Positions 1 through 12,676 are shown, numbered from the stretch's first letter. The stretch is 40,735 nt of DNA from Cyanophora paradoxa CCMP329 (GCA_004431415.1 QPMI01000371.1:1-40735), one strand, 5' to 3'. The notes: generated from the sequence alone by a model not told the origin. Made by a program: numbers and translations.

Positions 1-758
1 GCCGCCCTCGACCATCACCGAGCGGGCGCCCCGGGCCCGCAGCCGCCCCAGAAGGTCCCCCAAGTCCACGCGCCCCTCCCCCGCCGCCCTGCACACCACC
101 ACCGACGCCCCCGCCGCCTCCAGCGCTTCCCTCCGCGCCCTCCACTCCCCCGCAGCGCCCGCCGACGGCTCTGGCCCCCGCCGTCAGGGCCCCCGCTCCG
201 ATCGGGGCCGGGCTCGGCACGAGCGCACCGACCGCGGCGAGCAGGGGCCGCCGGCACTTGGGAGAAGTGAGCAGGTTGCAGCTCAGCGGCGTGCGCAGCT
301 GCGAGTCCAGCACGACCGGCAGCGGGTTGTCGCCTGCGGGGCCGGGTTGGCGATGCGGGCGCCGGTTGAACTAGCGGCGCACCTTGCACGTGCCGAACGT
401 TGAGAGACGGGTTATCCGCAAGAAGAGTGCCTGAAGCAATTGCCGTCAGTCGAAGCTGCGTCACGTGGCTAAAGATCGGCCCGTCCCGCACCGATGCCGA
501 CCAGAATGGCGTCGTGCATGGCTCGCAGCGCGTGTGTCATGCGCATCGAGTCCGTCCCGCTCAAAATGAGCTGGGAGCCTGCGCACGCGCGAGCAGGCTG
601 AGCCAGGGCCAAGATCTAGATCGGCCGGCACCGCGCGCACCGGCCCTGGCAGAGATGCTGCCGTCCAGAGACTGCGCCCATGTCAGCGTGACGTGTGGCC
701 GCTCCGCATCCGCCGCCTCGGCGGCCCTTTGCTTCACGAAGCTGAGCACGTCGTCCAT
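1..758 (-). CDS. RIB7: RibD C-terminal-type pyrimidine reductase (RIB7-like, riboflavin biosynthesis); spliced, 3' end runs off the window
   Basis: ATG at 758. Spliced translation MDDVLSFVKQ...RPHVTLTWAQSLDGSISARA/GSQLILSGTDSMRMTHALRAMHDAILVGI/GTLLADNPSLNVRHVQ/GDNPLPVVLDSQLRTP matches the RibD_C motifs (AxSLDG, HxLRxxHDAILVGxGT, DNPxL, PxxVVLDS). Short GT-AG introns. Confidence 0.88.
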
Positions 759-984
759 TTTCGGGGCTCAGTCGTTCGAGCTCTCTTGCCCCCCCCCCCC
801 CCCGCTTTCGGGAGCAGCTGTCCTTTTCACTTCCATCGACATCCGTCAGCAAGCTAGCTGCACTGCTGCAGCAGCTGCAGCCCTTGGAGCGCTCGAAAGC
901 AACCCAGACATTCACCGCCGCCTCGGTTCTTGACGCATTGCGGCGAACCCAAAAACAGCTCGTCCGGAAGACAGCGGCGGCACG

Positions 985-3845
985 ATGAGCAAGAAGGAGA
1001 AGCTGGATATGACGCCGCAGGTGCGCGCATGCGCAATGCGTGCCTCCCGCGGCACCTGACGAGCTCTGCGTGTAGGAGATGGAGCGCTTCATGGAGTGCC
1101 TCAAGCAAGAGGAGTTCAGGAAGCTGCTCAACGACTACGCCAAGGAGATCTCCGATCCCGCTCACAAGGCGGTGTGTGCGCGTGCTGGCCGCGTCGCGTG
1201 CTCGACTGACGGCCTGCGCAGGAGTACGACGCGTACATTGAGCAGCTGGAGCGGGAGGCGAACGAGAACCCGGACAAGCGCGAACAGACGACGCTCATCA
1301 AGCCGGAGCCGGGCTTCGTGCTGAAGACGAAGAATGAGAAGACGGGGAAGAAGGTCTTCATCAACGTGTGCCACAGCTCGAAGATGGACACCGGCTCGGA
1401 GCAGAAGGTCAAGGGAGGCGCGCAGCTCAACTTCCCGTACGGCCTCGCCGGCCCTCGCGAGGCCAAGGACAACGGTGCCGGCTGTCCGCTGGCCGCCAGC
1501 CGCCCGCCTGCGCCGACGGGGGCGGCAGAGGGTGAGGTCGTGCCGGCGTGGGACGTGGTGTTCGGGACGGCGAACTACGAGCGGGCGGACGCGAACGCGC
1601 GCGTCAAGGAGCTCCTCATCGAGATGGCCCTCGAGGCCGTCGAGCGCCAGAGCGGCCACAAGCTCGCCAAGAGTGCGCCCCGCGCCCCGCGCGCCCTCCC
1701 CCGCCGCCGGCGCCGCGCCGCCCACGCCGGGGCGCCGGGCAGAGCCGAAGGTGATCAAGGGAACGTACCGGAGCGACCGGCCGGAGCCGGCCCTGCTCGC
1801 CGTCAAGAAGGAGGTCAAGGGCGGCGCCAAGAAGCCGGCGGCGGACCCCGGGCCGCCGCCCCCGCTCGAGGAGGCGCGCCCGAAGCCGGCGGCGGCGGCG
1901 GCGAAGGCGGCGCCGGTGCGGGACAAGCTGCAGGAGGAGGTCATGGCGATGCAGCGGGAGATGAAGGCGGCGGAGCGGGCCGCCAAGGGCCGCGCCCCGC
2001 AGCCGCCCCCGGCCCCCGCGGGCGGCCCCGAGCGCCCCAAGGTGGAGATCGTGGAGCGGGGCGTGATGGACGTCGGCGGGTTCCTGGAGTCGCAGGAGCG
2101 GGGCCGGGCGGCGCGGCCGCGGGAGCTGGCGGTGCGGATCTCGCTGCCGAAGAAGGCGGGGGCCGGGGACGTGGACCTGGACATCGAGGAGCGCGCCCTG
2201 ATTCTCGCCGACGCCGCCGGCCTCTACGCCCTCTCCATGCCCCTCCCCTACCCCGTCGACCCCGACGACGGCCACGCCAAGTTCGACACCAAGACGTGCC
2301 CCGCCCCGCCCCGCCCCGCCCCGCCGCCTCCGCGGGGCCCGATCCGCGCGCGGCAGCCGCGTGCTGGAGGTTGTGCTCCGCGTCCAGCCGCCCCCCAAGC
2401 CGGCGCCGGCCGCGCGGCCCCTCGTCGAGGAGATCCCCGAGGCGCGCCCCTGCCCCTCGCCCCGCCCCGCCCCGCGCAACCCGCGGCGACTGAGCGCCGC
2501 GCAGGCCGCCCCGCGCTCTCCGTGTCGCCCCCCGAGCGGGCCCCGGAGGCCGGCTCCCCAAGGGCGCCCCCGTCGCGGAGCCGGGGCGCCTGAGCCCCGA
2601 GCCGCGGGCCGGCAGGCGCCGGCCCCCGCCGGCGGCCTTCAGCGGGCGAACAGCGCGGTGCCGGGCTGGACGCAGGAGGCGGCGGCGGAGGCGGCGGCGA
2701 AGCACCCGCCGGCCCCATCGAGAGCGCGGGGATCCGTCTGGCGCGGGCCACGCAGGTGACCCCCGCGGGGAGGAGCCGGCGCCGGCGCGCGCGGAGCGGC
2801 GGCGAGGGAGCCTGAGCCCTGAGCCGGACGGGGAGGCCCCGCGGGGCCCCATCGCGACGGCGAACGGGGACCTGCCGGGCTGGAGGGCCGAGGACGCGGA
2901 GGCGGCGGCGGCGCGGCACCCGCCGGCCCCCATCGAGAGCGCGGGGATCACGCTGGCGCGGGCCACGCAGGTGACCCCGCCCGAGGGGGCGGCGGCGGCA
3001 GCGGGCCCCGAGGAGCGGCCGGCGCACAGCATGACGCAGTCTCACCTCAACGTGACGGTCCACATCGCCGCCCCCGCGGCCCCCGCCCCGGAGACCGTCC
3101 GAGCATTCTTCGCCCCCCGCAAGGTCCCCTCTCCCGCCCGGGGCGCGCGCCGGGGGCGGGGCGGGAACCGACGAGCGGGGCGCGCAGGCCGAGGTGCGGT
3201 TCGAGGCGGGGGGCCGGCGCTGGCGCCTGACCCTCGCCCTCGCCCACGACGTCCTCCCGGCCGCCTGCCGCCTCGCCCCGGCCCGCCGCCGCCCGCCGGC
3301 GCCCCGCCGCCGCCCTCCTCCTCGTCCTCCGCAAGGTGCCCGCCCCTCGCCGCCCCTCGTCCCGCGGGGCGCGAGCGAGCCGGCCGGCGGGCGTGCGCAG
3401 GCGGACGCGCACATCACGTGGGGCACGCTGGGCGCGCCCGAGGCGGGGCGTGGGAGGGGCGCCCACGGGGCCCCCGTGGTCGCCACCCTCGCCGGCTCCG
3501 CCCGCAACCCCGCCTACACCGCCCCGGCCCCGCACCCCGCCGCCCCCGCCCGGCCCTCCTCGCCCAAGCCCCCCGCCCCGCCCCCGCCTCCGCCGCTCCC
3601 GCCCGCCGCCCCCGCCTCGGCCGTCTCCTCTTCCGCCCCTGCCGCCCCGCCCCGCCCGCCCCGCCCCCGCTGCCCCTGCCGACCCAGCGCCGGGACCGGC
3701 GGGGCTGGGCGGGGCGAAGGCGGGGCCGGCGGGCAAGGGCTTCGACCCGAAGGCGGCGCTGGGGCTGCGGAGCGCCCCGGGGCCGGCGGCGGCGCCCCCG
3801 CGGCCCGTCAAGTTCACCAACACCCTCCTCACCGAGCTCGACTAG
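985..3845 (+). CDS. DNAAF2: Kintoun / dynein axonemal assembly factor 2 (PIH1 + CS domains); multi-exon
   Basis: Exon 1 985-1020 (MSKKEKLDMTPQ), intron 1021-1075, then EMERFMECLKQEEFRKLLNDYAKEISDP..EYDAYIEQLERE..IKPEPGFVLKT..KVFINVCHS (PIH1). CS domain RELAVRISLP..YALSMPLPYPVDPDDGHAKFD. C-terminus KFTNTLLTELD* resembles the kintoun FxNxLLxxLD end. The middle exons are uncertain because of likely homopolymer indels. Confidence 0.88.
2685..2978 (+). repeat. Internal ~80-nt direct repeat in DNAAF2 (copies ~2685-2763 and ~2896-2978)
   Basis: Both copies read gcggaggcggcggcg..cacccgccggcccc(c)atcgagagcgcggggatc..ctggcgcgggccacgcaggtgacccc and encode AEAAA.HPPAPIESAGI.LARATQVTP. Copy 1 lacks one C. 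Confidence 0.85.
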
Positions 3846-4326
3846 CGCCCCGCCCCGCTCGCCCCCCGCCCGGGCCCCTCCGAGCCGCTGTGTCCCCGCC
3901 CCCTTCGACCTCCCGCGGCAAGGATCGGATCTCTTCGACGGCGTCGATATCAGGTTCTCGGTCCCGTGTTGCACAAGGACAAGGGATCGGTGCGCGCTGC
4001 GTGCGGCATATGCATACAGCTGCAGCGGGAGACTACAAGGCTAAATACACATACACGTAGAAGAGACACACCGCACTCCTTATATCTGGCTATCATAGTA
4101 TCTACAATACCGGTAATACCTATCGCAAGGCGACTAGCGTGATCGCAAGATCGGGCCCGCGCGGCCACCCGATCGACATTCAAAAAAAGGATTATTAAAA
4201 TCACTGAAACTGAAGTCCATAAAACAACGTCCGGCACTTCTCAAAACTCAAGCTCAGGGTATCCTGCGTGCGGCTATAAAACACTGTGACATGGGCGGTA
4301 GAGCGAGTGACCGAAACGGAAGGGGG

Positions 4327-4349
4327 GAGAGAGAGAGAGAAAGAGAGAG
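4327..4349. repeat. (GA)n microsatellite in the convergent intergenic region
   Basis: gagagagagagagaaagagagag. Confidence 0.8.
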
Positions 4350-4414
4350 GCGTGCTCAAACTAGCCCTGAAATCGGAGGAGCAGGGGAGAGCGAGAGGGG
4401 TAGGAGTGAAAAGA

Positions 4415-7400
4415 CTACCTGCAGACTCGCGGCGGCTCCGGTCCGGCGGGGCCGGGTGCGACGGCGGGGGCCGGGGTCCAGGGGGGCTGCTGCGCGGTGT
4501 AGGGGTAGAGGTAGGCACCGCCGGGGGCGCTGACGAGGAGGGCGCCGGTGCCGGCGGGGCCCTGGAGGATGGCGAGGCCGGGGATGGGGGCCCCGGCCCC
4601 CTGGGGGCCCGGGAGGCCCCCCGGGAGGGCGAGGAGCTGGCGGTGGACGTCGGTGTGCGCCTCGAGCTGCTCCTGCCGCCGCCGCGCGTGCGCCGCGATC
4701 GCCCGCGACGTCACCGGCCCCCGCCCCGGCCCCGCCTCCCCCGGCCCACGCGGCTTGCCCCCGGCGGCGCCGGCCGGATCGCCCGCAGGCTGCTCCCCGC
4801 CTGCGGCCCACCCGCGGGGCCGCCGGGCCGGCCAGGGGCAGGGCGCCGGCGAGGGGCGCGGGGGCGGCGGCTGCAGGCGGGGGCGGCGAGCAGGGCGGGG
4901 CCGCGGGAGCGGCGTTGAGGGGCGCGGAACGAAGCGCTGCTGGCCCGCCCCGCCGCCATTGCCTGCTGCATCCACGCCGGCCCCGCCGGCCCCCCAGCCC
5001 CGCCCTCGCCCCACCACCAGCTGCACGCCCGGCGGCGCCGGCACCAGCACTCCAGGAGGCGGCGCGGCCAGCTGTGCGCCCGGCGGCGCCGGCCGCGGTA
5101 CGAGCTGCAAGCCCGGCGGGGTAGGTACCAGCTGCACACCGGGCGGCGCCGGCACCAGCTGCAGGCCCGACGGGCCGGCCAGCGCCTGCAACGGCGCCGG
5201 CGCCGGCGGCGCCCTGGGCGGAGCGGTCGGTACTGGTGCTGGCGGGGCGGAGCGGGCGGGCGGGAGCCTGGGGCGGTGGCGGGGCCGACGGGCGGGGGGC
5301 GAGCGGACGCGCTTCAGGGCGGGAGCCTCGGGGGGGCCAGCGCCGGCGCCGCGGGGGCGCCCCGGGGCACGGGTGCGTCGAAGGGCAACGGCAGCGCTGG
5401 CGGCAGCGGCGGCGCCGGCGGCAGCGGCGGGAACGATGAAGAGGTGGGGAGGCGCTTGGGCGGCCGCGGGGCGGGCGCGGGGGCGGGGCGGGGGCGGGGT
5501 GGGAGGAGGAGAGGGCGAGGGGACGGGAGGGCGGGGTCGGAGGTGAGGGGGGCGGGGCGGCGGGGGCGGGGCGGGCGGGCGTGCGGGGAGAGGCAGAGCG
5601 CATCGACGCCGCGCCGGGCGGCCGCGTTGCCCGGGTCCGAGGGCGCCGGCGAGGGCGCCGCGTGCGGCGAGAGCGCCTGCGAGGCCGCCGGCGACAGGTG
5701 CTCGAGGGAGGCCGGCGGGGAGGCCCCGGGCGACGTTCCCGAGTCGGGCGACGAGCAGCTCGGCGCCCGAGGCCCTCCGCGAAGCCCTCGAGCGCGGCGC
5801 CGCCCTCGGGCGCGGCGAGGGGCCCCAGGGGCGCCAGGGGCCGCAGGGGCCCGAGGGGCAGGGGGCCGATGGCCGGGATGGCGTCCAGCGTGGGGAGGTG
5901 CGGGAGGTGCGGCAGGGGCGCGAGGGTCGGGAGCGGGCCCAGGGCGTCCAGCGGGCCCAGGGAGCCGTCGAGCGCCCCGAACGTCTCCAGCGCCCACCGC
6001 GCCACCGCCTCCGCGTCCGGCTCGCCCTCGCCCTCCCCCGGCTCCGCCCACGACCCCTCCGGCTCCGGCGCGGGCGCATGTGGCTCGGGGGCGAGGAGCG
6101 GCGCTGGGGCCGGTGCCGGGGCCGGGGCTGGCTGGTGCTGGAGGTGGGGCGGCGGAGAGAGCTCCGGGGCGGCGAAGGAGCGCTTGCGCTTGCAGGCGGC
6201 GCTGGGGGCGGGGGCGTGGGGGAGCGGGGCGAGGGGCGGGCGGGGCGGGGCGAAGGGGCCCCAGGGGCGAGCGGCGTCCTCGGAGCCGCGGCGGCGGGAG
6301 ATGTAGAAGGAGCGCCAGGCGGCCACGATGCCCTCCACCTCGCGGTCGGCGAGCAGGCCCGCCCCCTCCGCCTCGCTCGCCAGCAGCTCCACGTACGCCC
6401 CGTCCTCGTCCTCCTCCAGCAGCGACGCCAGGCCCACGGGGCGCGCCGTCCCCGCCAGGCCCGCCGCCGCCTCCTCCACGCTCCACGCGCCCCCCGCCAC
6501 GTAGCGGCAGTAGTCGCTGAAGTACCGCACCAGCATCCGCGCTGCCGACCCGCCTCAGCCCCGGCCCCGCCCCCAGCGCGGGGGCCGGGAGGTGCCCGCA
6601 CTGAGGAAGCCGCGGAAGCCCTGCGGCTGCTTGTTGGGGAGCGGGAGGGCGCTCGGCGAGCCGGCGTACTCCATGAAGGTCGCTGCGCGGCGCGGCGCGG
6701 CGCGGCTCGACCGGCAGACGGCGGGCGCGCGGCGGGGACGGCGGCGGGCGCACTGAAAACGACGTCGCAGGCGCCCGCGCTGCTCTGTTGGGGTAGGAAC
6801 TGCCAGTCGCTGTGGCAGACCAGCCTGCGGGGCGTGAGGCCGGCCAGCGGGGCGGGCCGGGGCCGACGCACCCCAGGCTGTGCCAGGGGTTGGAGGGGTA
6901 CGGGAGACCGTGCTGGGGGGTCATGAAGGTTGTCGCCGTGACGCACGAGTCGTGGCACCAGGACTGTCCGCGGCGTCGGGGGCAGGGGCGGGGCGGGGCG
7001 GGGCAGGGCGGGCGGGGCGGACGAGATCGAGGGAGACGGAGCGGGTGCGGAGGAGTCCGGAGAAGGTGCGGTACGTGCGCTCCACCACCTGCCGCCCTCT
7101 CAGCGGCCTCGCGGCGCCCCGCGCGCCGCCGCCGCGCACCAGGAAGTCGCTCTCCAGGCCCTTCTGGAACTCGTCCAGCGCCAAGACGCTCACGCAGCCG
7201 CTGTGCCACTTGTTCTCGTGCCGTCGTAGTGCGTTGGCCAGCAGATCTGCCGCCGTGTTCAGCGGAGGGCGGCCCTAGCCGTGAGGCTCTATCCTAAAGG
7301 GTGGAGAAAGGAAAAGAAAAGATTCGAAAGCTAAAACATGGCGTAGGGATCGATGCTGCAGCGATGCTACGGCAGGCGGCGGAAGATATCCAACGTGAAA

Positions 7401-7852
7401 GCAGCGGCGGCGATGGTGGCAGCGAGGCTCATGAGAGACATGAGACTCGATTAGATGTGGATCTTATCGTGGTGTGTGCAAGAGCATTGAGGCGCCCGCA
7501 GCTCAAACGACCAAAGACCACGGCGGGCGGGGGCGATACCAAAGTTAACGCACCAACGCGAACGACGCCGGCCATCCACGGATCCGTAACAGTGAGGCCC
7601 TTCACGGAGCAGCGCAGAGCCATGGTCCCGTCGTCCAGAGTGCAGACCAGCGCGTGCACTCGGGGCCCGTCGTCGCACTTGGTCGGTACTGGCTGCTCGA
7701 GGATGCAAGTCGTTAGTTCAAAAGATCGCGAGCCAGAGCGAGCTCCGCACCAGCCATCCTCTGCCCTCCGCCTCGACCGCCCAAACCCTCATGGAGGCCG
7801 CCTTCACTTCTTGATACGCCTTCACCGACTTCCATCGTTCGGCGCGGTCCAT
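4415..7852 (-). CDS. Hypothetical protein; N-terminal globular region possibly START/SRPBCC-like, long Pro/Ala-rich C-terminus
   Basis: Spliced model MDRAERWKSVKAYQEVKAASMRVWAVEAEGRGWL/PVPTKCDDGPRVHALVCTLDDGTMALRCSVKGLTVTDPWMAGVVRV/DLLANALRRHENKWHSGCVSVLALDEF..VVERTYRTFSGLLRTRSVSLDL/SWCHDSCVTATTF../LVCHSDWQFLPQ..CDVVF/..FMEYAGS, with typical GTGCG/GTCCGC..CAG introns. The START resemblance is by eye only, and the stop is taken from ORF 4415..6958. Confidence 0.6.
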
Positions 7853-8070
7853 GCTGCTCGCCCGAGTGCCGGCGATCGGTGGGGACGGCCCCGACTAGCT
7901 AGGTCAGCATCCGAAGTTTTGATTCCGAACACTCGACTAGCTGCGGGAAATCCGCAGCTGCAAGCGCAGAGCGCGCCCTCCCGCTTGTCGACAGAGCGCT
8001 GTCGTCGTTTGTCGACTCTGTGGAGTCAGACTCAGAGTCAGTGACGAGTCTTGCGAGCTCGGAAATTTCG

Positions 8071-8106
8071 AAGGGGAAATCCTAAAGGAAGGGGAAATCC
8101 TAAAGG
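8071..8106. repeat. Perfect 18-nt tandem duplication (AAGGGGAAATCCTAAAGG x2) in a divergent spacer
   Basis: 8071-8088 is identical to 8089-8106. Confidence 0.9.
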
Positions 8107-8210
8107 AGGGGTAGGCCCGGATAGGGCTGTTCAGGCCAACAGCCGCACGCGCGGCAACCAACATCGACGCGCACTATGAGCTCAACCGCGCATTCGCATT
8201 GTGTCAGTCG

Positions 8211-9547
8211 ATGCCACTCGACTCGATGGCGCCGCACTCGCGCGATATCGATACGCCCGCGCCCCAGTGTGCAGTGTGCAAGGAGGCGATTCCGATCGTG
8301 AGCTTCTCGGACTTGCAGAGCGCGGACGCGCGGCAGCGTGTCGGGACGCAGCTCGTCGCGGCGCTGCGCGACGTCGGCTTCGCGTACATCTCCGGCGTCC
8401 GTGACTTTCTTGAGCCGGCGTGCGTTGAGCGCGTCTTCGACGCCTCGCGGCGGTTCTTCGAGCTGCCGCTGGAGGAGAAGGCGCTGTACCGCAGCGGCGC
8501 CATGCGCGGCTTCGAGGCCGTCGGCGCCGAGTCCCTCGCGGTCTACAGGTGCCGCCGGCTGCCTCGCGCCTTCAGCCTGCGGCGCGCGCGTCGGGTTAAC
8601 GCTGCGCAGGAAACCGGACGTGAAGGAGTCTTACACGCTGGGCGGGGAGCAGACGTACGGCGTGCCGCGCTGGGACGAGCGCTTCGGGGCGCGCAACGTG
8701 TGGCCGGGCGAGGGCGCCGTGCCGGGCTTCCGGGAGGCGGTGGAGGAGGCGCGGGCCGGGCTAGGGCGGCTCGCGGCGGAGGTGCTGCGCGCGTGCGCGC
8801 GCGGCGTTGGTCTGCCGGAGGACGTCTTCGCCGCTGCGCACCGTCGCCAGGACCATTGTGTGCCATCGCTGCTGCATATTGGAAGCGATCTGTGGTAACA
8901 AAAAGCGCAGCGTTCCGGCTGCTGCACTACCCCGCCGTGCGCGAGGATGAGCTCCTGCCCGGCCAGCGGCGCTGCGGCGAGCACACCGACTACGGTCCGC
9001 CTCTCCGCCCGCGCCGCCTCGCCGCGCCCTCACGCGCCGCCCCGCAGGGAGCATCACGCTGCTGCTGCAGGACGAGGCCGGCGGGCTGCAAGTCCGCACC
9101 CGCGCCGGCTGGCGCCACGTGCGGCCCATCCCCGGCACAGGTGCGCCGGCCGCCCGGCAGCGCGGCCTTGCAGCGGGGCCGGAGCACGCGCTGACTGCGG
9201 GCGGGGTGGGGGTGCAGTGGTTCTGAACTGCGGGGACCTGCTCGCCGCCTGGACAAACGAGCTCTTCTCGAGGTGCGCCGCAGCGCCCGCCCGACGGCTG
9301 CCCGCCCCGCCGACGAGCGCGCGGCGCCGCGCGCAGCACGCTGCACCGCGTGGGGGCGCCGCCGGCAGCACCCGGGGAGGGCCCGCGGGAGCGCTACTCG
9401 GTGGCGCTCTTCTGCAGCCCGGACCTGGACGCGACGGTGGAGCCGCTGCTGGCGGGGCCCGGGGGCCGGCCCCTCCACACCGCAACCACCACGGGGGACT
9501 ACCTCCTGACGCGCCTCACGTACACCGCCGCCTCCAGCGCCCGCTGA
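8211..9547 (+). CDS. 2-oxoglutarate/Fe(II)-dependent dioxygenase (IPNS/DIOX_N family); multi-exon
   Basis: IPIVSF..LVAALRDVGFAYISG..VFDASRRFFELPLEEK (DIOX_N), then FRLLHYP, HTDYG (HxD), ITLLLQDEAGGLQV, VVLNCGDLLAAWTN, STLHRV (distal His), RYSVALF (RxS). Start could be 8211 or 8226. Confidence 0.92.
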
Positions 9548-9738
9548 GCCCGGCGCCCTCCCCGCCCCGCCCCCTACCGCCCCCTACCGCCCCCCGCCGC
9601 CCCGCGCGGAACTCGAAGCGGAAGAGAAAGCGGCTGCACTCGCGTAGCCGGCCCGGCGGCGGAACCGAGCGGCGACTGCCGGCTAAGGCAAGCGCACGCT
9701 TTTGACCAGAAAAAAAGTGAAAAAGGGAAGAGCGGGGA

Positions 9739-12558
9739 CTAGGCCTCGGAAGCTGGGGCGGGGGTGGGGGCCCGGGCCTGCTCCGGGCGGGGAGGCGAGA
9801 GGAGGGCGTTGACGCGGGAGAGGAGCTCGTCGCGCTTCGCGCTGTCCGCCGACGGCCGCCGCTCGGCCTCCGCCGGGGAGCCAGAGGGGCCGGCCTTCGC
9901 GGGCGTCGCGTGGGCGGAGCGGGCGGGGCTCTCGTGGGCCCCGGCCTCGTGCGTCGCGTAGCGCGGCACCGAGGGCGAGGAGACGACCTGGGAGATGCGG
10001 GGGGCGATCTGCGGCGAGCCGGCGCCGCCGCCCACGCGGGGCGAGCTCCGCCGCGGCGTCACCTCCTTCTCCAGCAGCAGCGTCTTGTCGACCTCCGCCT
10101 GGTTCTTGTCGTGCCGCGTCCACACCTTTACGGGGCCCGCCGGCGACTCCTTTACCTTGTACCCCTGGAAGAACTTCGCCGCGTCAGCGCGGGGCGGCGA
10201 GGGGCGGGCGGGCGGGGCGGGCGTGCCTGGTAGCCCGGGGCGTCGGTGGCGGTGTCGAAGCCCGGCGGCTCCTCGCCGGGGCTCCGCGCGGCCCGCGGCG
10301 TCGGGGCCTTCTTCGCGGCGCTGCCGCGCGGCACCGCCGGGGAGGAGGGCACCGACGACTTGCGCGGCGTCGCCTCCGCGGGGGCCGCCCGCGGCGTCCG
10401 CGGCGTCGCCGCCTTGCGCGCCGAGACGGGCGTCGAGGCCCCCGGCGGCTTCTCCGCCCGCGCGGGCGTCTTGGCCGGCGAGGCGGGGGTGGCCGCGGCG
10501 CGGGCCTTGGAGCGCAGCTCCGAGGCGCTGTGGATCTGGTCCCGCACCGGCGACTCCGGCGCCTTGTGCGACGCCGACGGCCGCGCGGGCTTCGCCGGCA
10601 GCGCCCCCTCCCCGCCCCCGCGCCCGGGCCCGCCCCCGCCGAGGCCGAGGCCGAGGCCCGGGGCTCGATGCGCGGGGAGACCTGCGCGCGGCTCGGCGGG
10701 GCCCCGCGGGGGGCGCGGGGCGGGGAGGCCGGCGGACCGACTTCTGGGGGCCGTCCGCGACCTCGCCCTCCCCCTGCGCCTCCTCGCCCGTCCCGCCGTC
10801 CTTCCGCTGCCGCTTCTTGGGGATGCCCAGCGCCGGCACCTTCGCCCGCGTCGCCCCCGCGGCCGCCCCCGCCCGCCGCCCGTGCGGCAGCGTCACCGGC
10901 GGCGCCGGCCGCTTCTTCGCCGCCGACACGACCGCCGCCGCCAGCTGCACGGGCCGCGAGACCCGCCCCTGCAGCGCCTTCGCCTTCCGCGCCGGCGCCG
11001 GCGCGTGCGCCTCGCCCGCACCCGCCGCCCCGCCGCCTCCTCGCCCTCGCCGTGCGGGTCCGCCGAGTGCTTGCGGCTGCGCGGCGCGTGAGACGGCGCG
11101 CGGCGGGGCGGCGGGCCGGGCGCACAAGGGCGTCATCTTCCCCAGGCGTGCGGCGCGCTCCGCCTCGATCTGCTGCCGCCGCGTCTGCGCCGCCGTCTGC
11201 GCCGCGCTCGCCCCCGCCGGCTTCGCCGCCGGCTTGGACGCCTTCGGCACGACCTGCACGAGCGCCAGCTTGTTCGCCGCCGCCGCCGCCGGCTTGCGGG
11301 GTGGCGCGGCTGGGGCCGTCGCCGGCCTCGCCGGTGGCGCGGCCGCGGCGGAGGACGCCGCGGCCGGCGCCGGCTTGGCGGCGGCGGGCTTCGCGGTCGC
11401 CGGCCTTGCGGGCGCCGGCTTGGCGGCGGGCTTGGCAGTGGCCGGGCGGGCTGCTGGCTTCGCGGCCACCGCCGGTTTGCTCGGAGCGGGCTTCTCCGGC
11501 GCCGGTTTCTCCTCCGCGGGCTTGGGCGCGGCTGCGGCGGGCTTGGGTGCCGCGGCATGGGCGGTCGCAGGCTTCAGGGCGCCGGGCTTGGGAGCCGACG
11601 CAGCCTTGGCGCCTGCGGCGGGGGCCGCGGGTTTGGCCGCCGCAAGGGCGGCAGGCTTGGCGGGCGCAGGCTTGGGAGGCGCCGGCTTGGGGGGCGCTGG
11701 CTTGGCCGTGGCAGGACGCGGAGCGGGAGGCTTGCTTACAGCCTCCTTCTTGGCGGCCGCCGTCCCAGGCCGCGCCGCCGCGGGGGCGGTCGCGGGGCGC
11801 ACCGCCGCCTTTTTGCTTTTTTCCTCTTGCCGCGGCGCCGGAGTGACCGGCGGGGCGACCGGCGCGGGGGTCGCCGGCACGCCGGAACCGGAAAGACCGG
11901 CAGAAGGAACGGAGAGCGGGGGCGGGGTGTTCGTCACGTTGGCCATGCGTGGGCTGCCGACCACGACGGCCGCAGGGCTCGAGATCTCTTTCCTGTGCGA
12001 TGTCGCTTAGCATACGCGGTACGGCGCACCAAGAAAATGCACGCGAACCCCTGCTGAGGGCCTGCGGGGGACGCCTGCGGCGAAGCTTCGAAACGGCGAT
12101 TGTGAGCGCAGGCGGGCTGGGCCCACCGTCTCGCGCGGCATAGGGGATCTGTCGAGAGATTCCCTCTGCTTTGCCAAAACTTCCAGCTGCGTACGGCGGA
12201 AATGTGGGCACGGGAAATGGAATGGCCGCGAGCTGGCCCGTTCACCTTCGTGTAGAGCTGTAGATCGGTAGGGGACAGCCGCCATGAACGCGGGAAATGC
12301 AATCAGGGACGCGAGGGCCGATCGCGTAGGCGGGGCGCGCACCTGTTGCGTGAGCTGCTGCACGGACGCCTCCGAAGGCTCGCGGGGTCCACCACCGCCG
12401 CGCGATGCTGGCGCGCCTGTGCCTTGCGAAGACGCCGCCGGGGCGCTTGCTCCGCCTGAAATCGCAGCTGACGGGGCTGGCGCTGTCGGAACGGCGAGCG
12501 TTGCAGGATCCGTATGAGTCCCGTTTGTAAGGGCGGCCGTGCCGCTCAGCGTCGCCAT
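9739..12558 (-). CDS. Low-complexity Ala/Pro/Lys-rich protein with many S/T-P-x-K/R sites; function unknown
   Basis: ATG at 12558: MATLSGTAALT..SVQQLTQQ/LYTK/LEVLAKQRESLDRSPMPRET, with GT-AG introns. Long exon with RPATAKP repeats; SPAK, TPAR, TPRK, SPAR, TPAK motifs; ends PAPASEA*. Confidence 0.65.
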
Positions 12559-12658
12559 CGAGCGACGGGACTCGGCGTGTTTCTGTTGCACGGCCTCTGA
12601 GTCTCTACCCCGTTGGGCCTTGAACCCCCTTGGGTGACTGGGGGTACGGAGCACGAGC

Positions 12659-12676
12659 TTTGAAAGTTGGCGCGCC
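12659..12676 (+). promoter_or_regulatory. Candidate CHR-like (TTTGAA) plus E2F-like (TTGGCGCG) element upstream of POLD1
   Basis: TTTGAA at 12659-12664 and TTGGCGCG at 12667-12674, 65-80 nt upstream of the POLD1 ATG. Resembles the known cell-cycle elements, but the arrangement is not the canonical CDE-4nt-CHR. Confidence 0.35.

Noticed and set aside
2700-2830. Apparent frameshifts in DNAAF2, EDEM (~34240) and the coiled-coil gene as programmed frameshifting or pseudogenisation
   Set aside because: They fall in G/C homopolymers or low-complexity runs, and the DNAAF2 repeat copy differs by a single C. Sequencing or assembly indels are the simplest explanation.
4259-4266. GTATCCTG as a second U12 donor
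   Set aside because: It lies in convergent intergenic/UTR sequence, is an imperfect match, and has no matching branch site or reading frame to restore.
7291-8106. ATCCTAAAGG at 7291-7300 and 8079-8106 as target-site duplications around an inserted element carrying ORF 7301..8044
   Set aside because: The interval contains the first exons and promoter of the minus-strand gene; there are no terminal repeats and no transposase similarity.
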